Shown: positions 39,655 through 49,461, counted from the first letter of the stretch. The stretch is DNA of 64,000 bases from Rickettsia typhi (GCA_945901265.1 CAMDJZ010000003.1:8256-72255), one strand, 5' to 3'. Notes: a model not told the origin generated them from the sequence alone. Numbers and translations: made by a program.

Positions 39655-39804
39655 ATGTTATTTTTACAAGAATTATGGGAATTTCTTAAAGTTAGAAAGA
39701 AATTTTGGCTATTGCCAATTATCATCATCATGTTGCTTCTAGGTGTTTTGTTAGTGTTTGCTCAAGGCTCAGTTGTAGCTCCTTTCATCTATACGTTATT
39801 TTAA
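39655..39804 (+). CDS. DUF5989 (SxtK-like) small membrane protein; too short for the supplied ORF track
   Basis: ATG 39655 to TAA 39802-39804 translates to MLFLQELWEFLKVRKKFWLLPIIIIMLLLGVLLVFAQGSVVAPFIYTLF (49 aa). This closely matches the DUF5989 consensus as I recall it (...LRVRKKFWLLPII...GSAVAPFIYTLF). It ends 4 nt before the carbamoyltransferase start. Confidence 0.78.
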   Translation: MLFLQELWEFLKVRKKFWLLPIIIIMLLLGVLLVFAQGSVVAPFIYTLF

Positions 39805-39808
39805 ATTT

Positions 39809-41692
39809 ATGACTTATATTTTAGGAATTTCGGCCTATTATCATGATTCGGCAGTTGCACTTTTGCATGATGATAAAATAATTGCCGCTATTCAGGAAGA
39901 AAGATTGACGCGAAAAAAACACGATAGTCAATTTCCGGTTAATGGTATAAAATTTTGTTTAAAACAAGCTGGGATTGGATTAGAGCAGGTTGATTATATT
40001 GGTTTTTATGACAAGCCTTTTTTAAAATTTGAAAGGTTAATAGAAACTTATCTTAGTGAAGCGCCAAGAGGATTCAAATCTTTTGCAACTGCAATTCCAA
40101 CTTGGTTAAAAGAAAAATTATTTTTAAAAGATACCCTAGTTAAAGAGCTAGCAAATCTTCAATTGAATGGCGATAATGATAAGAAAAAAGTTAAATTTGT
40201 TAGATCGCAGATCGTAAAAAAATTGCTTTTTGGCGAGCATCACGGTTCGCATGCGGGAAGTTGTTTTTATCCATCGCCATTTAAGGAATCAGCAATTTTA
40301 ACATTAGATGGAGTTGGTGAATGGACTACAACCGCGATTGCTCACGGCCTTGATAATAAAATTAAATTTTTACAAGAAATACATTTTCCTCATTCAATTG
40401 GTTTACTTTATTCGGCGATAACTTATTTTGCAGGATTTAAAGTTAATTCAGGCGAATATAAGGTGATGGGTCTTGCTCCTTACGGAGAAGCTAAATATGT
40501 CGATATAATTAAAAATAATTTAATTAATATTAAGGATGATGGTTCATTTCGCCTTAACATGAAATATTTTAATTATACCACTGGCCTTACAATGACCAAT
40601 AAAAATTTTAATAAACTTTTTGGACGAAAACCAAGAAAATCAGAAAGTGAAATTACCCAATTTGAAATGGATTTAGCGAGATCACTTCAAGATGTTGCAC
40701 AAGAAGTGGTAATAAAATTAGCTAAAACTGCCAAAAAAATTACTGGCGCAAAAAATCTCGTGATGGCTGGAGGAGTTGCTCTTAACTGCGTTGCCAATGG
40801 TGCATTATTGCGTGAAAAAATATTTGAAAATATTTGGGTTCAACCAGCTTCTGGAGATGCCGGAGGTGCACTTGGAGTTGCGCAAACTATTTATTTTGAT
40901 CATTTAAATAATAATCGCCATGTTGATGAAAAAAATGATAACATGCAGGGATCATATCTGGGCAATGCTTTCAGCGATGATGAAGTTAAAGAATATCTAG
41001 ATTCTATCAATGCTAAATATCATTTCATCGCTAATCAAAATCAGTATAGCCAAAAAATAGCCAGCTATCTAGCTAATCAAAAAGTGATTGGCTGGCATCA
41101 AGGGCGAATGGAATTTGGTCCGCGTTCTTTGGGTGCAAGAAGCATTCTTGGCGATCCACAATTAAGTAAAATGCAATCGCAAATGAATTTAAAAATAAAA
41201 TTTCGTGAATCATTTCGTCCATTTGCGCCAGCGATTTTGCGTGAAAAAATTACCGATTATTTTGAAATTGAAGATATAGATAGCCCCTACATGCTAATGG
41301 TTGCGCCAGTTAAAAAAAATAAAAGAATTTCCATGACTAAAGAACAAGAAGGGCTTTTTGGTATTGAAAAATTAAACATTGTGCGTTCAGAAATCCCAGC
41401 AGTTACCCATATTGATTATTCAGCGCGCATCCAAACTGTTGATGGCAAGCATAATCATAAATTTTATAATTTGCTTAGTGCATTTGCAAATTTGACGGAT
41501 TGCCCAGTGCTAATAAACACTTCTTTTAACGTTCGTGGTGAACCAATTGTTTGTTCTCCGCAAGATTCTTATCGGTGTTTTATGCGCACCGAAATAGATG
41601 TTTTGGCAATTGAAAACTTTATTTTACTTAAAGAAGAACAGCCTCAATTTAATGAAAAAGAAGATTGGCAAAAAATCTATGAACTTGATTAA
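39809..41692 (+). CDS. Carbamoyltransferase (NodU/CmcH/SxtI family)
   Basis: 627 aa. N-terminus ILGISAYYHDSAVALLHDDKIIAAIQEERLTRKKHD, GGVALNCVANG, and C-terminal carbamoyltransferase block NTSFNVRGEPIVCSP. Confidence 0.9.
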   Translation: MTYILGISAYYHDSAVALLHDDKIIAAIQEERLTRKKHDSQFPVNGIKFCLKQAGIGLEQVDYIGFYDKPFLKFERLIETYLSEAPRGFKSFATAIPTWLKEKLFLKDTLVKELANLQLNGDNDKKKVKFVRSQIVKKLLFGEHHGSHAGSCFYPSPFKESAILTLDGVGEWTTTAIAHGLDNKIKFLQEIHFPHSIGLLYSAITYFAGFKVNSGEYKVMGLAPYGEAKYVDIIKNNLINIKDDGSFRLNMKYFNYTTGLTMTNKNFNKLFGRKPRKSESEITQFEMDLARSLQDVAQEVVIKLAKTAKKITGAKNLVMAGGVALNCVANGALLREKIFENIWVQPASGDAGGALGVAQTIYFDHLNNNRHVDEKNDNMQGSYLGNAFSDDEVKEYLDSINAKYHFIANQNQYSQKIASYLANQKVIGWHQGRMEFGPRSLGARSILGDPQLSKMQSQMNLKIKFRESFRPFAPAILREKITDYFEIEDIDSPYMLMVAPVKKNKRISMTKEQEGLFGIEKLNIVRSEIPAVTHIDYSARIQTVDGKHNHKFYNLLSAFANLTDCPVLINTSFNVRGEPIVCSPQDSYRCFMRTEIDVLAIENFILLKEEQPQFNEKEDWQKIYELD

Positions 41693-41805
41693 TTAGATAA
41701 TTAAAAATAGCTAAAATAACAAATGTTTATTTTAATTTTAAAAATTTAAAGTTTATTTTGCACATAAGCCAAAGAAACTTAATTTAAAATTAATTTATAT
41801 TTAAG

Positions 41806-41961
41806 TTATTCTGGGGAGGATGGCTTGATGGGTGGAATTCCCGCTGCAGAAGCATTATCTAGGCAATTGGTGAAATTATTATTTTTTCTCGAGCATTAAA
41901 TGAAGAAGAAAGAAAATCGATCGAATTTTATTTGTGCTAAAAAATTGCAATTAAATTGTAG
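41806..41961 (+). pseudogene. Decayed 3' remnant of a third prepilin/LamG-like paralog
   Basis: 41863..41937 translates to AIGEIIIFSRALNEEERKSIEFYLC, followed by TAA and then KIAIKL*. It aligns codon for codon with the paralog ends GLISEIIIYDRVLRNEERKSIEKYLGKKFGIKITE and GQIGEIIFFERNLKSEERISIEKYLGRKWGIKF, with an in-frame stop at the Lys/Arg codon (KKF/RKW) that follows the conserved Gly; the Gly itself reads Cys in the remnant. An apparent frameshift lies just upstream, and no N-terminal part remains. Confidence 0.65.
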
Positions 41962-42058
41962 TTATTTTAAATTATTAAGACTTTAGATCCAATATGCTGT
42001 AAGGTAAAAAATAATTTTATCTTTAAATTAAATTGTGATTTAGAAAATAAAAAACCAA

Positions 42059-42676
42059 TTACTTTTTATTATTCTTAAGATTTTTTACCTTTGCTTCAAG
42101 ATTTTTTAAGAAAGGTTCAACGCCATTTTTATCAATAGTAGCATTGAATTCAGAGCGTTGCGTTTCAATCAGGCTAATTCCTTCGGCGATAAAATCTAAA
42201 ACATAAAATTTACCATCTCTTTTTTTTACTCGAAAATCAGTCATTATGGAAGTATCGGATTCCTTAGGTAAAAATTCAGCCTTGGCAATGAAGAAACTAT
42301 TTTGACGCGTAACTTCGTTAACAGTAAATTTTTTACCATTATAATTTTTAAATTTTGGTCCGTAAGTATTAATCATAAATTCACGATAAAGCCCTACAAA
42401 ACTAAGCTTTTGTTGCTCGGTTAAATTTTTATAATTTTTACCTAAGACAAATTTTGCAATCCATTCAGAGTCAATAACTCTATCAATTTCGGAGATAATT
42501 TTTTCACGAATTTTTGCATCAGAAATATTTTTTTCATTAGCGATATTTATAATTTTATTACCAATCTCTTCAATAAAAACCCTTGCTTCTTGAAGATCCT
42601 CATCCTCTTTAGCAAAGCTGCTAAATGAGTAAAATACAATCAAAGCGATTGCTAAATGTTTTAAGATTTTTTTCAT
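42059..42676 (-). CDS. mlaC: MlaC/Ttg2D-family periplasmic phospholipid-binding protein
   Basis: 205 aa. Signal peptide, FVLGKNYKNLTEQQKLSFVGLYREFMINTYGPKF block. Directly downstream of mlaA. Confidence 0.75.
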   Translation of the reverse strand: MKKILKHLAIALIVFYSFSSFAKEDEDLQEARVFIEEIGNKIINIANEKNISDAKIREKIISEIDRVIDSEWIAKFVLGKNYKNLTEQQKLSFVGLYREFMINTYGPKFKNYNGKKFTVNEVTRQNSFFIAKAEFLPKESDTSIMTDFRVKKRDGKFYVLDFIAEGISLIETQRSEFNATIDKNGVEPFLKNLEAKVKNLKNNKK

Positions 42677-42683
42677 AAATTAA

Positions 42684-43475
42684 TTATTTTTTAATTTCTT
42701 GCGCTCTTTTTTGTAAATATGCAAAACGAATAGTGGCATAAGTATCGAAAGAATCTTGACGAATATCATCGATAATGTCAATCAAACTTTCTCTAGTATC
42801 TATTGAATAAAGAGATCCCGTAGCAATTAAAAATTGATTATTAACCAATTGTTTTTCTCCGCCAATTTCAGCGATATTATAACTAAAAGGATTGATCGCT
42901 TTATCAACAACCCAGCCTGCGAAATCTCTGCTTGTACTTGGCCCAAGAGCGGGAAGCATAATAAAAGCTCCTTGGTCAATATTATAAAATCCTAAAGTTT
43001 GACCGAGATCTTCAAATTTATAATTAATACCTTTGCTTTGAGCTACATTAAACAAGCCAGCACAGCCAATCGTAGAGTTAATAAGAAATGTTGAAAATGT
43101 TGCCAGTCCATTGTCAACCTTACCTTGAGCAAAGGAATTTAATGCTGAAATTGGCAATGAAATATTTGATAAAAAATTACGAATCATTCTTCGAGCTGGA
43201 TTTGGCAGGGTATTGCGATAAGTTTTAGCAACATGTTCAAAAAAATAGCGATCAAAAATGTCATTAATGGCGAATATTTGGCGATTAATTTTTTCGTAGG
43301 GATCGTGGATTTTTACAGTTGTAGTTGATTGATAATTTTCAAATTCTAAATCCTGATCAATTTGATTTTGAATGGCGTTTTTATTATATTGAAAATTATT
43401 TTTATTAGAAAATTTAGCATTTGCATTATTAACAAAAATGGAAATCAAAAATGTTAAAATAAAAATTTTGCGCAT
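42684..43475 (-). CDS. mlaA: MlaA/VacJ-family outer-membrane lipoprotein
   Basis: 263 aa. DPYEKINRQIFAINDIFDRYFFEHVAKTY matches the VacJ signature block (DP.E..NR..F.FN...D). Confidence 0.85.
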   Translation of the reverse strand: MRKIFILTFLISIFVNNANAKFSNKNNFQYNKNAIQNQIDQDLEFENYQSTTTVKIHDPYEKINRQIFAINDIFDRYFFEHVAKTYRNTLPNPARRMIRNFLSNISLPISALNSFAQGKVDNGLATFSTFLINSTIGCAGLFNVAQSKGINYKFEDLGQTLGFYNIDQGAFIMLPALGPSTSRDFAGWVVDKAINPFSYNIAEIGGEKQLVNNQFLIATGSLYSIDTRESLIDIIDDIRQDSFDTYATIRFAYLQKRAQEIKK

Positions 43476-43910
43476 TTAACTATTTTGATCTGACTGTAAT
43501 TCTTGAATTTTATTCAATAGTTCTTGAATTTTATCTTCGTAGGTTGGATTTAGTTTGGCTAACTCATCAAGAGCAGCTTTAGCGCGATAATATTTTTTTG
43601 TTAAAATATAACAATTAGCTAGTTGCAAATAGGCATCATAATGATTTGGCCAGAATTTTTTTATGATGCGAAAACGAAATATAGCATCACTTAAATTGCC
43701 CTTTTCCAAATGCCTTAAACCTAGTTGGTAATTAGCTTCAAGAAGGTTTTTAGATTTCTCTTTTATCAAATTAAATTCTTTTTTAATAAGGTCGAAATTA
43801 TTAATAAAAAAATCGAAAACTAGTCTAGCTTTCTCTTTGGTATATTCGGCAAAAACAATTGCCTTGGGTTGAGATTTTTGATTATTTTCTTTTGATTTAT
43901 TTTTAAACAT
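43476..43910 (-). CDS. Tetratricopeptide-repeat protein
   Basis: 144 aa. TPR-like units YQLGLRHLEKGNLSDAIFRFRIIKKFWPNHYDAYLQLANCYILTKKYYRAKAALDELAKLNP. Its stop abuts the mlaA start. Confidence 0.6.
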   Translation of the reverse strand: MFKNKSKENNQKSQPKAIVFAEYTKEKARLVFDFFINNFDLIKKEFNLIKEKSKNLLEANYQLGLRHLEKGNLSDAIFRFRIIKKFWPNHYDAYLQLANCYILTKKYYRAKAALDELAKLNPTYEDKIQELLNKIQELQSDQNS

Positions 43911-44688
43911 TTTTTTTTAAAAAATAAAAGTATATTTGCCAATCCAAACTAAATTTTTTACCTGAATTATGCAAGTTTTTTTTATAAAAATTTTTTAGAT
44001 TTGTAAAGTTTTTTGGTGATGCATCAATATTGTTAAAAGCATAATTTGCACCAATTTTCTTGAATGAATGAATGGCCTCAATGGCATTTTCAAATGGTTG
44101 TGAATATTTTTGGTGATTTATGGATATAGCTTTGAAACCAACATTTTCTAGGCAATTATTCAAGTGTATGATGTTTGGAAAATTATTAATATTAATAAAA
44201 TTAAGTTCTTTTAATTGCGCACAGCTTCCTGAGACTGGCAAACAAAAAGCAAGAATTCCTTGTGGTTTAATTAAGGAAAAAATATCGCTAAAAATTTTTT
44301 GGTAATCATCTAACCAATGAAAAACAAATGACGATAAAATTAGATCAAAATTATTTTGTTGGAGAGGTAAATTTTCAATATCGCTTTGAATTTTAAATAA
44401 ATTTGGTGAATTATTTTGTGATGATTTAAGCATTTTAAGGCTAAGATCTAGCTCGTAAAAAAGATTATCTTGACCTTGACTAACTTTACAAAACTCTTTT
44501 CTAATTAAACTTGTACCACTCCCTAGATCGATAATTTTTTTATGATTAAAATTTTTTAAATCGATAATTAAATTTAATTTCTTAAGTAATTCGCTTGCAG
44601 CATATTTTTGGACAATAGCATGATTTTCATAGTCATAAGCTTTGTTGCTAAAATTTTTATTAATTATTTTTTTATTGTAACTTATCAT
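43903..44688 (-). CDS. bioC: Class I SAM-dependent methyltransferase, BioC-like
   Basis: 261 aa. INKNFSNKAYDYENHAIVQ, IIDLGSGTS, SDIENLPL and FHWL parallel E. coli BioC blocks (AAFGRAAAHYEQHADLQ, LDAGCGPG, GDIESLPL, VQW). Confidence 0.6.
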   Translation of the reverse strand: MISYNKKIINKNFSNKAYDYENHAIVQKYAASELLKKLNLIIDLKNFNHKKIIDLGSGTSLIRKEFCKVSQGQDNLFYELDLSLKMLKSSQNNSPNLFKIQSDIENLPLQQNNFDLILSSFVFHWLDDYQKIFSDIFSLIKPQGILAFCLPVSGSCAQLKELNFININNFPNIIHLNNCLENVGFKAISINHQKYSQPFENAIEAIHSFKKIGANYAFNNIDASPKNFTNLKNFYKKNLHNSGKKFSLDWQIYFYFLKKNV

Positions 44689-44751
44689 TAAAATATTTTA
44701 TTGTAACTAAATTATTTAATTTAAAATTAATTTAATCAAATCTAACTAAAT

Positions 44752-45849
44752 TTAATTTAATGTATTTTCTTCAATTAATTTGACAATATGATCAACTAAT
44801 TCCTCGGTTGAGGTTTTGTGATTAGCTTTACCATTTAGATAAACATTGTGACGATTATTTCCTCCACCGGTGATACCGATCTTTGTGTGCTGGGCTTCGC
44901 CAAGACCATTTACCACGCACCCTAGAATTGAAATAGTTATTGGTTTTTTGATATGACTAACTCTTCTTTCAACTTCTTCAACGGTTTTAATTACATCAAA
45001 ACCTTGTCTAGCGCATGACGGGCAAGAAATTATAGTAACACCATATTCACGCAAACCTAAAGATTTAAGAATTTGAAATGCAACTTTCACTTCTTCTTTG
45101 GGGTCTGCCGAAAGTGAAATACGAATAGTATCGCCAATGCCATCCATTAACAAATTGCCAATACCAATTGTTGATTTAATTGTACCTGCAAATTGACTTC
45201 CTGCCTCAGTAATTCCAATATGCAAAGGATAATCGCAAATATTGGCAAGCTCTTTATAGCTTGCGCAAGCAAGAAAAATATCGGAAGCTTTTACGCTGAT
45301 TTTAAAATTAAAAAAATCATGATCTTCTAAAATTTTTATATGACGAAGTGCTGATTCAACAAGTGCTTGCGGGGTAGGGGTTTGATATTTTTCAAGCAAA
45401 TCATTTTCAAGTGAGCCAGCATTTACGCCAATTCTAATCGCGCACCCATAGTCTTTAGCGCAATTAATCACTTCACGAATTTTTTCTTTTGAGCCAATAT
45501 TACCAGGATTGATCCGCAAACATTTTGCTCCTGCTTTAGCTGATTCAATTGCGCGGCGATAATGGAAATGGATATCTGCAATTATTGGTACAGGACAATT
45601 CGGGATTATTTTTGACAATGCTCGTGATGATTCTTCATCAGGAACGGAAATGCGCATTAATTGCGCGCCTAATTCATGACATTCATTAACTTGGCGAATT
45701 GTTCCTTGTATATCGGTGGTTTTAGTGTTGGTCATTGATTGGACGCTAATTGGAGAGTCACCACCAATTGCGACATCGCCAATAAAAATTTGCCTTGATT
45801 TCCTTCGTTTGATATTACGATAAGATCTAATTTCGCTTAATTGAGTCAT
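44752..45849 (-). CDS. ispG: 4-hydroxy-3-methylbut-2-en-1-yl diphosphate synthase
   Basis: 365 aa. [25 protein letters not shown], and Fe-S cysteines in ISCPSCARQ ... GCVVNGLGE. Confidence 0.95.
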   Translation of the reverse strand: MTQLSEIRSYRNIKRRKSRQIFIGDVAIGGDSPISVQSMTNTKTTDIQGTIRQVNECHELGAQLMRISVPDEESSRALSKIIPNCPVPIIADIHFHYRRAIESAKAGAKCLRINPGNIGSKEKIREVINCAKDYGCAIRIGVNAGSLENDLLEKYQTPTPQALVESALRHIKILEDHDFFNFKISVKASDIFLACASYKELANICDYPLHIGITEAGSQFAGTIKSTIGIGNLLMDGIGDTIRISLSADPKEEVKVAFQILKSLGLREYGVTIISCPSCARQGFDVIKTVEEVERRVSHIKKPITISILGCVVNGLGEAQHTKIGITGGGNNRHNVYLNGKANHKTSTEELVDHIVKLIEENTLN

Positions 45850-45854
45850 AAATT

Positions 45855-46901
45855 TTAAGAAATTGCATGATATAATTTTTGAATTTTTGTTAAATCTTTT
45901 TTTACAAAAAATTTTATTTTTTCTACATCTAAATTACAAAGCGCGATTAGTGAAATAAAGTCATGAAAGCCTGATCCGCAATATTGCAGATTATTTTTTA
46001 AATCATTGATTTTTAAATAATTTATAACAATTAGAAATCGAAAAAAAATAGCAGCAAAATTATTATTAAAAATATTTTCTTCAATTAAATCAGGGGATGA
46101 AATTTTGTAACTAACGGCTAATTCTTTACAATAATCATAATTAAAAGATGTTAGATTATCAATATCTTCAGTAAGATTGGAAAAAAATTCTTCATAATAT
46201 TTTTCAATGTTATTTTCATTAAATTTAAAAATATCTGACCAGATATCGCCACTAGAATTATCAAGCCTAAAAGATTGTTGTAAAAAAATATCATCTAGTT
46301 TTTTTGGTGAAAATTCCTTAGTTAGAAAACTTAAAAATTGCGGAAGATGCGAGGTAAGAGCAAAAATTTCATCATGTTTTTTTGCTTCTAAAAAATGCAC
46401 TTCACCTTTTATTTTATTGACCATCTCTTGAATTTTTTTTACATCAGAGAGCGAATTTTTTGAATGACAAATAATAAATTTTTTATTAGCAAATAATTCA
46501 CTACTAGAAAATTCAAAACCAGATTGATGCGATCCAGCTATAGGATGACAGGCTATAAAGTTAATTGGTAATTTTAATGAAAGTCGTGAAAAATCTTTTA
46601 TTGAACCCAAATCAATCACCAAATTTTTTTGACTTAAAAATGGCGAAATCTTTTTAAAGATTTGCTGGTAACTTATAAGTGGAGTAGCGATAATAATTAA
46701 ATCGAAATCCCTTATGGTTTCATCAAGTAAGGCAAAATCATCAATTATTTTTTGTTGCTTTGCAGTCTCAATGGCTGAGTAATCTTCATCAAAAGCAAAA
46801 ATTTCTTTACTTAGTTCGTATTTTTTTAATGATTTAGCCATAGATCCACCAATAACCCCAAGCCCAATTAACAGTGTTTTGTTAAAAATAAAATTCGTCA
46901 T
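45855..46901 (-). CDS. tyrA: Prephenate/arogenate dehydrogenase family protein
   Basis: 348 aa. Rossmann [21 protein letters not shown], catalytic region [11 protein letters not shown]. Confidence 0.78.
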   Translation of the reverse strand: MTNFIFNKTLLIGLGVIGGSMAKSLKKYELSKEIFAFDEDYSAIETAKQQKIIDDFALLDETIRDFDLIIIATPLISYQQIFKKISPFLSQKNLVIDLGSIKDFSRLSLKLPINFIACHPIAGSHQSGFEFSSSELFANKKFIICHSKNSLSDVKKIQEMVNKIKGEVHFLEAKKHDEIFALTSHLPQFLSFLTKEFSPKKLDDIFLQQSFRLDNSSGDIWSDIFKFNENNIEKYYEEFFSNLTEDIDNLTSFNYDYCKELAVSYKISSPDLIEENIFNNNFAAIFFRFLIVINYLKINDLKNNLQYCGSGFHDFISLIALCNLDVEKIKFFVKKDLTKIQKLYHAIS

Positions 46902-47003
46902 TGATTAGGATTATTAAAAAAAGTTTTGACAAACAAAAAAATAGTTTTAAAAAAAGATTAAATAAAATTTTAATAAATTTTAATAAATTAAGTTAATTCA
47001 TCA

Positions 47004-47174
47004 ATGAAAAAATTACTTTTAATTACTATATTTTTTCTATCGGTTACTTCATGTAAGAATAAGGTAATTGATATTAAAAGTCCATGCGTTTCTTTGGATG
47101 AAGGGCCTTGTGGTCCTAAAAAATCAATAAATGATTGGTGGTTAAAAGATCAAAAAAATAACAAAAATTCGTAA
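47004..47174 (+). CDS. Small putative lipoprotein (56 aa); too short for the supplied ORF track
   Basis: MKKLLLITIFFLSVTSC has a signal peptide plus lipobox (VTSC). The mature part is Cys/Pro-containing: SPCVSLDEGPCGPKKSINDWW. ATG 47004, TAA 47172-47174. Confidence 0.5.
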   Translation: MKKLLLITIFFLSVTSCKNKVIDIKSPCVSLDEGPCGPKKSINDWWLKDQKNNKNS

Positions 47175-47180
47175 CATAAC

Positions 47181-47594
47181 ATGTCTGAAAATTCTTTTGC
47201 CTCTAGAGCACGTTCTTCTCAAACTAATTCAATTCAATCGATACTTGATGGAAGCAATAAAGAAAATAATATTAATTCTGCAAGCAATATAAGTGAAATT
47301 GCAAAAAACAAATTTAATCCCGCTGATAATGCTAAGAAAAATCTTATTTATGTTGATCCTATAAAAAAATCAAAATCTGATTTGGTTTATTTGGTTAAGG
47401 GAGTTGATGATGGCAGAAATGCTTGGTATTACCTGTTGGTCGAAAGAGTTAAATTGCAACTATTCTTAAGGGCTCTAAATGATGATATTATTCATCTAGA
47501 AAATTATGGCGTTATTTTATATTCAGCTTATGGAGATGAGCCTCCTGCTAATATTACTGACTCTTTAAAAGAAGAATATGGTATTGAAGATTAA
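47181..47594 (+). CDS. Hypothetical protein
   Basis: 137-aa ORF 6 nt after the small lipoprotein gene and followed by a clear terminator. No family recognised. Confidence 0.5.
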   Translation: MSENSFASRARSSQTNSIQSILDGSNKENNINSASNISEIAKNKFNPADNAKKNLIYVDPIKKSKSDLVYLVKGVDDGRNAWYYLLVERVKLQLFLRALNDDIIHLENYGVILYSAYGDEPPANITDSLKEEYGIED

Positions 47595-47656
47595 TTTAAT
47601 AATTCTCTTACTTTTTAAAAATTAACAAAATTCTCAGGTCAATTAATTTTATTTAA

Positions 47657-47690
47657 CCTTAACAATTTCACCAGATTGTTAAGGTTTTTT
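47657..47690 (+). terminator. Rho-independent terminator
   Basis: CCTTAACAAT (47657-47666), 8-nt loop, ATTGTTAAGG (47675-47684), then TTTTTT. Confidence 0.65.
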
Positions 47691-48138
47691 AGTTTTTAGA
47701 TTTAATTATCCTTTTAAATTAAGATCGGGAGATTTTTTTCAGAGTCAAAAATCTTCAATTACGTTAGTTTTTATTTATTTTTTTCAAGAAAGATTTAAGT
47801 TTCGTAGAATAATATTTGATTAAAAGATGATCAAATCTTCTGTTTTTTTTCTAGGTTAGGTTACAACCAAAATTAACCTTACTATCTTGAGGTTGAGGCT
47901 TTTGGCGCTAAATTTATAAACTTATTTTTTTGGCTGTAATCCCAATAAATGAGGAAGTCTTTTGGATTATTAGAGTTAAATGGCTGTAGGTGATAAAAAA
48001 AGTTCTATTCTATAAAATCATTAATTTTTAAAATTAAAAATAGATAAATTTAAGTCTTTGCAATTATTTTTTTGTAATTTAATTTATTATAAACATGAAA
48101 AATTTATATATTAATTTTTAATTCAAAACATAATTCCA

Positions 48139-49461
48139 ATGAAAAATTTAAAATTATTTTTAATAGTGACTTGCGCTGTGTTTGTTGGATTCGTTTCAGC
48201 ATTTTCATTTTCGCAAATTCAAATTAAATCGCTAAAAATTGATGAAAAAATTACCAAAAAAAATAAAGACTTTATTGAGCAAATTATCAAGAAAGTAAAG
48301 AGTGATTATGTTGAAGAGAAAAGCGATGATCAACTTGCCGAAGCTGCAGCTAGTGGAATTTTATCTTCTCTTGATCCGCATTCTTCCTATCTCAACGAAG
48401 AAGCTTTAAAAGAAATTAGCGTTCAAACCAAAGGTGAGTTTGGAGGTTTAGGAATTGAAATTACTAATGAATTAACCGTTACCAAAGTTATTTCTGCTAT
48501 TGACGAGACACCGGCATTTCGCGCTGGAATAAAGGCTGGAGACTACATAATCAAAATCAATGATAAAAATTCTATCGGTTTATCAATAGAGGAGGTTGTC
48601 AAGAAATTACGCGGTCGACCTGGAACTTCAGTGAAAATTACGATATTAAGAAAAGGTGAAAAAGAGCCTCTTATAAAAAATTTAACAAGACAAGTTATTA
48701 AGGTTAGAGCAGTTAAATCGGCCCAATTTAACGATGTTGCTTATGTAAAAATTAACACTTTTTCTCAGCAAGCATCCATTGGTATTGAAAATGAAATTAA
48801 AAAACTTAAGCAAAAAATTGGCGAAAAAAATCTTAAAGGCTTGGTGCTTGATTTACGAAATAACCCAGGTGGTTTGCTGGATCAAGCGATCAAAGTTAGT
48901 GATGCTTTTTTGCCAAAAGATGCGGTTATTGTTTCAATTAAAGGAAGAAGCGTTGAAGAGCGTCAATATCTTGATATTGCTGATGAGACCCTTATTGCTA
49001 AACTACCAATTGTTGTGTTAATTAATGAGGGTTCTGCTTCTGCTTCTGAAATTGTTGCTGGTGCTTTACAGGATAATAAACGCGCTGTTATTATGGGCGT
49101 TAAATCATTTGGCAAGGGTTCTGTGCAATCGGTAATTCCTTTGGAGAATTCTCAAGGTGCATTGCGTTTAACTACTTCGCTTTATTACACTCCATCAGGT
49201 AGATCAATACAAGCCCAAGGAATTGAACCAAATATCATTCTCAATAATGCAAAAATTGAAAAACAGATTGATAAAATTGAGCGCGATTCGGAAGCTGATT
49301 TAAAGGGTCATATTGAAGTTCAGTTACAGCAAGCAATTGAAGATTCTAAGAAAGAGCAAGTAAGTGATGAAAATATTGCAATTTATTCTCAAGATTATCA
49401 ACTGGCAAGGGCTATTGATTTAATTAGGGGCGTGGGTGTTTTTAATCAAAAAACAAAATAA
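48139..49461 (+). CDS. ctpA: Carboxy-terminal processing protease (S41)
   Basis: 440 aa. Signal anchor, PDZ (GLGIEIT...AGIKAGDYIIKIN), LDLRNNPGG, catalytic GSASASEIVAGALQD and SFGKGSVQ. Confidence 0.9.
   Translation: MKNLKLFLIVTCAVFVGFVSAFSFSQIQIKSLKIDEKITKKNKDFIEQIIKKVKSDYVEEKSDDQLAEAAASGILSSLDPHSSYLNEEALKEISVQTKGEFGGLGIEITNELTVTKVISAIDETPAFRAGIKAGDYIIKINDKNSIGLSIEEVVKKLRGRPGTSVKITILRKGEKEPLIKNLTRQVIKVRAVKSAQFNDVAYVKINTFSQQASIGIENEIKKLKQKIGEKNLKGLVLDLRNNPGGLLDQAIKVSDAFLPKDAVIVSIKGRSVEERQYLDIADETLIAKLPIVVLINEGSASASEIVAGALQDNKRAVIMGVKSFGKGSVQSVIPLENSQGALRLTTSLYYTPSGRSIQAQGIEPNIILNNAKIEKQIDKIERDSEADLKGHIEVQLQQAIEDSKKEQVSDENIAIYSQDYQLARAIDLIRGVGVFNQKTK

Noticed and set aside
47691-48138. About 450 bp of ORF-free DNA between the 47657 terminator and ctpA, checked for RNA genes or pseudogene remnants
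   Set aside because: I found no conserved RNA motif, no convincing stem-loops beyond the terminator, and only short stop-riddled reading frames (e.g. ...IYWDYSQKNKFINLAPK on the minus strand) with no recognisable similarity.
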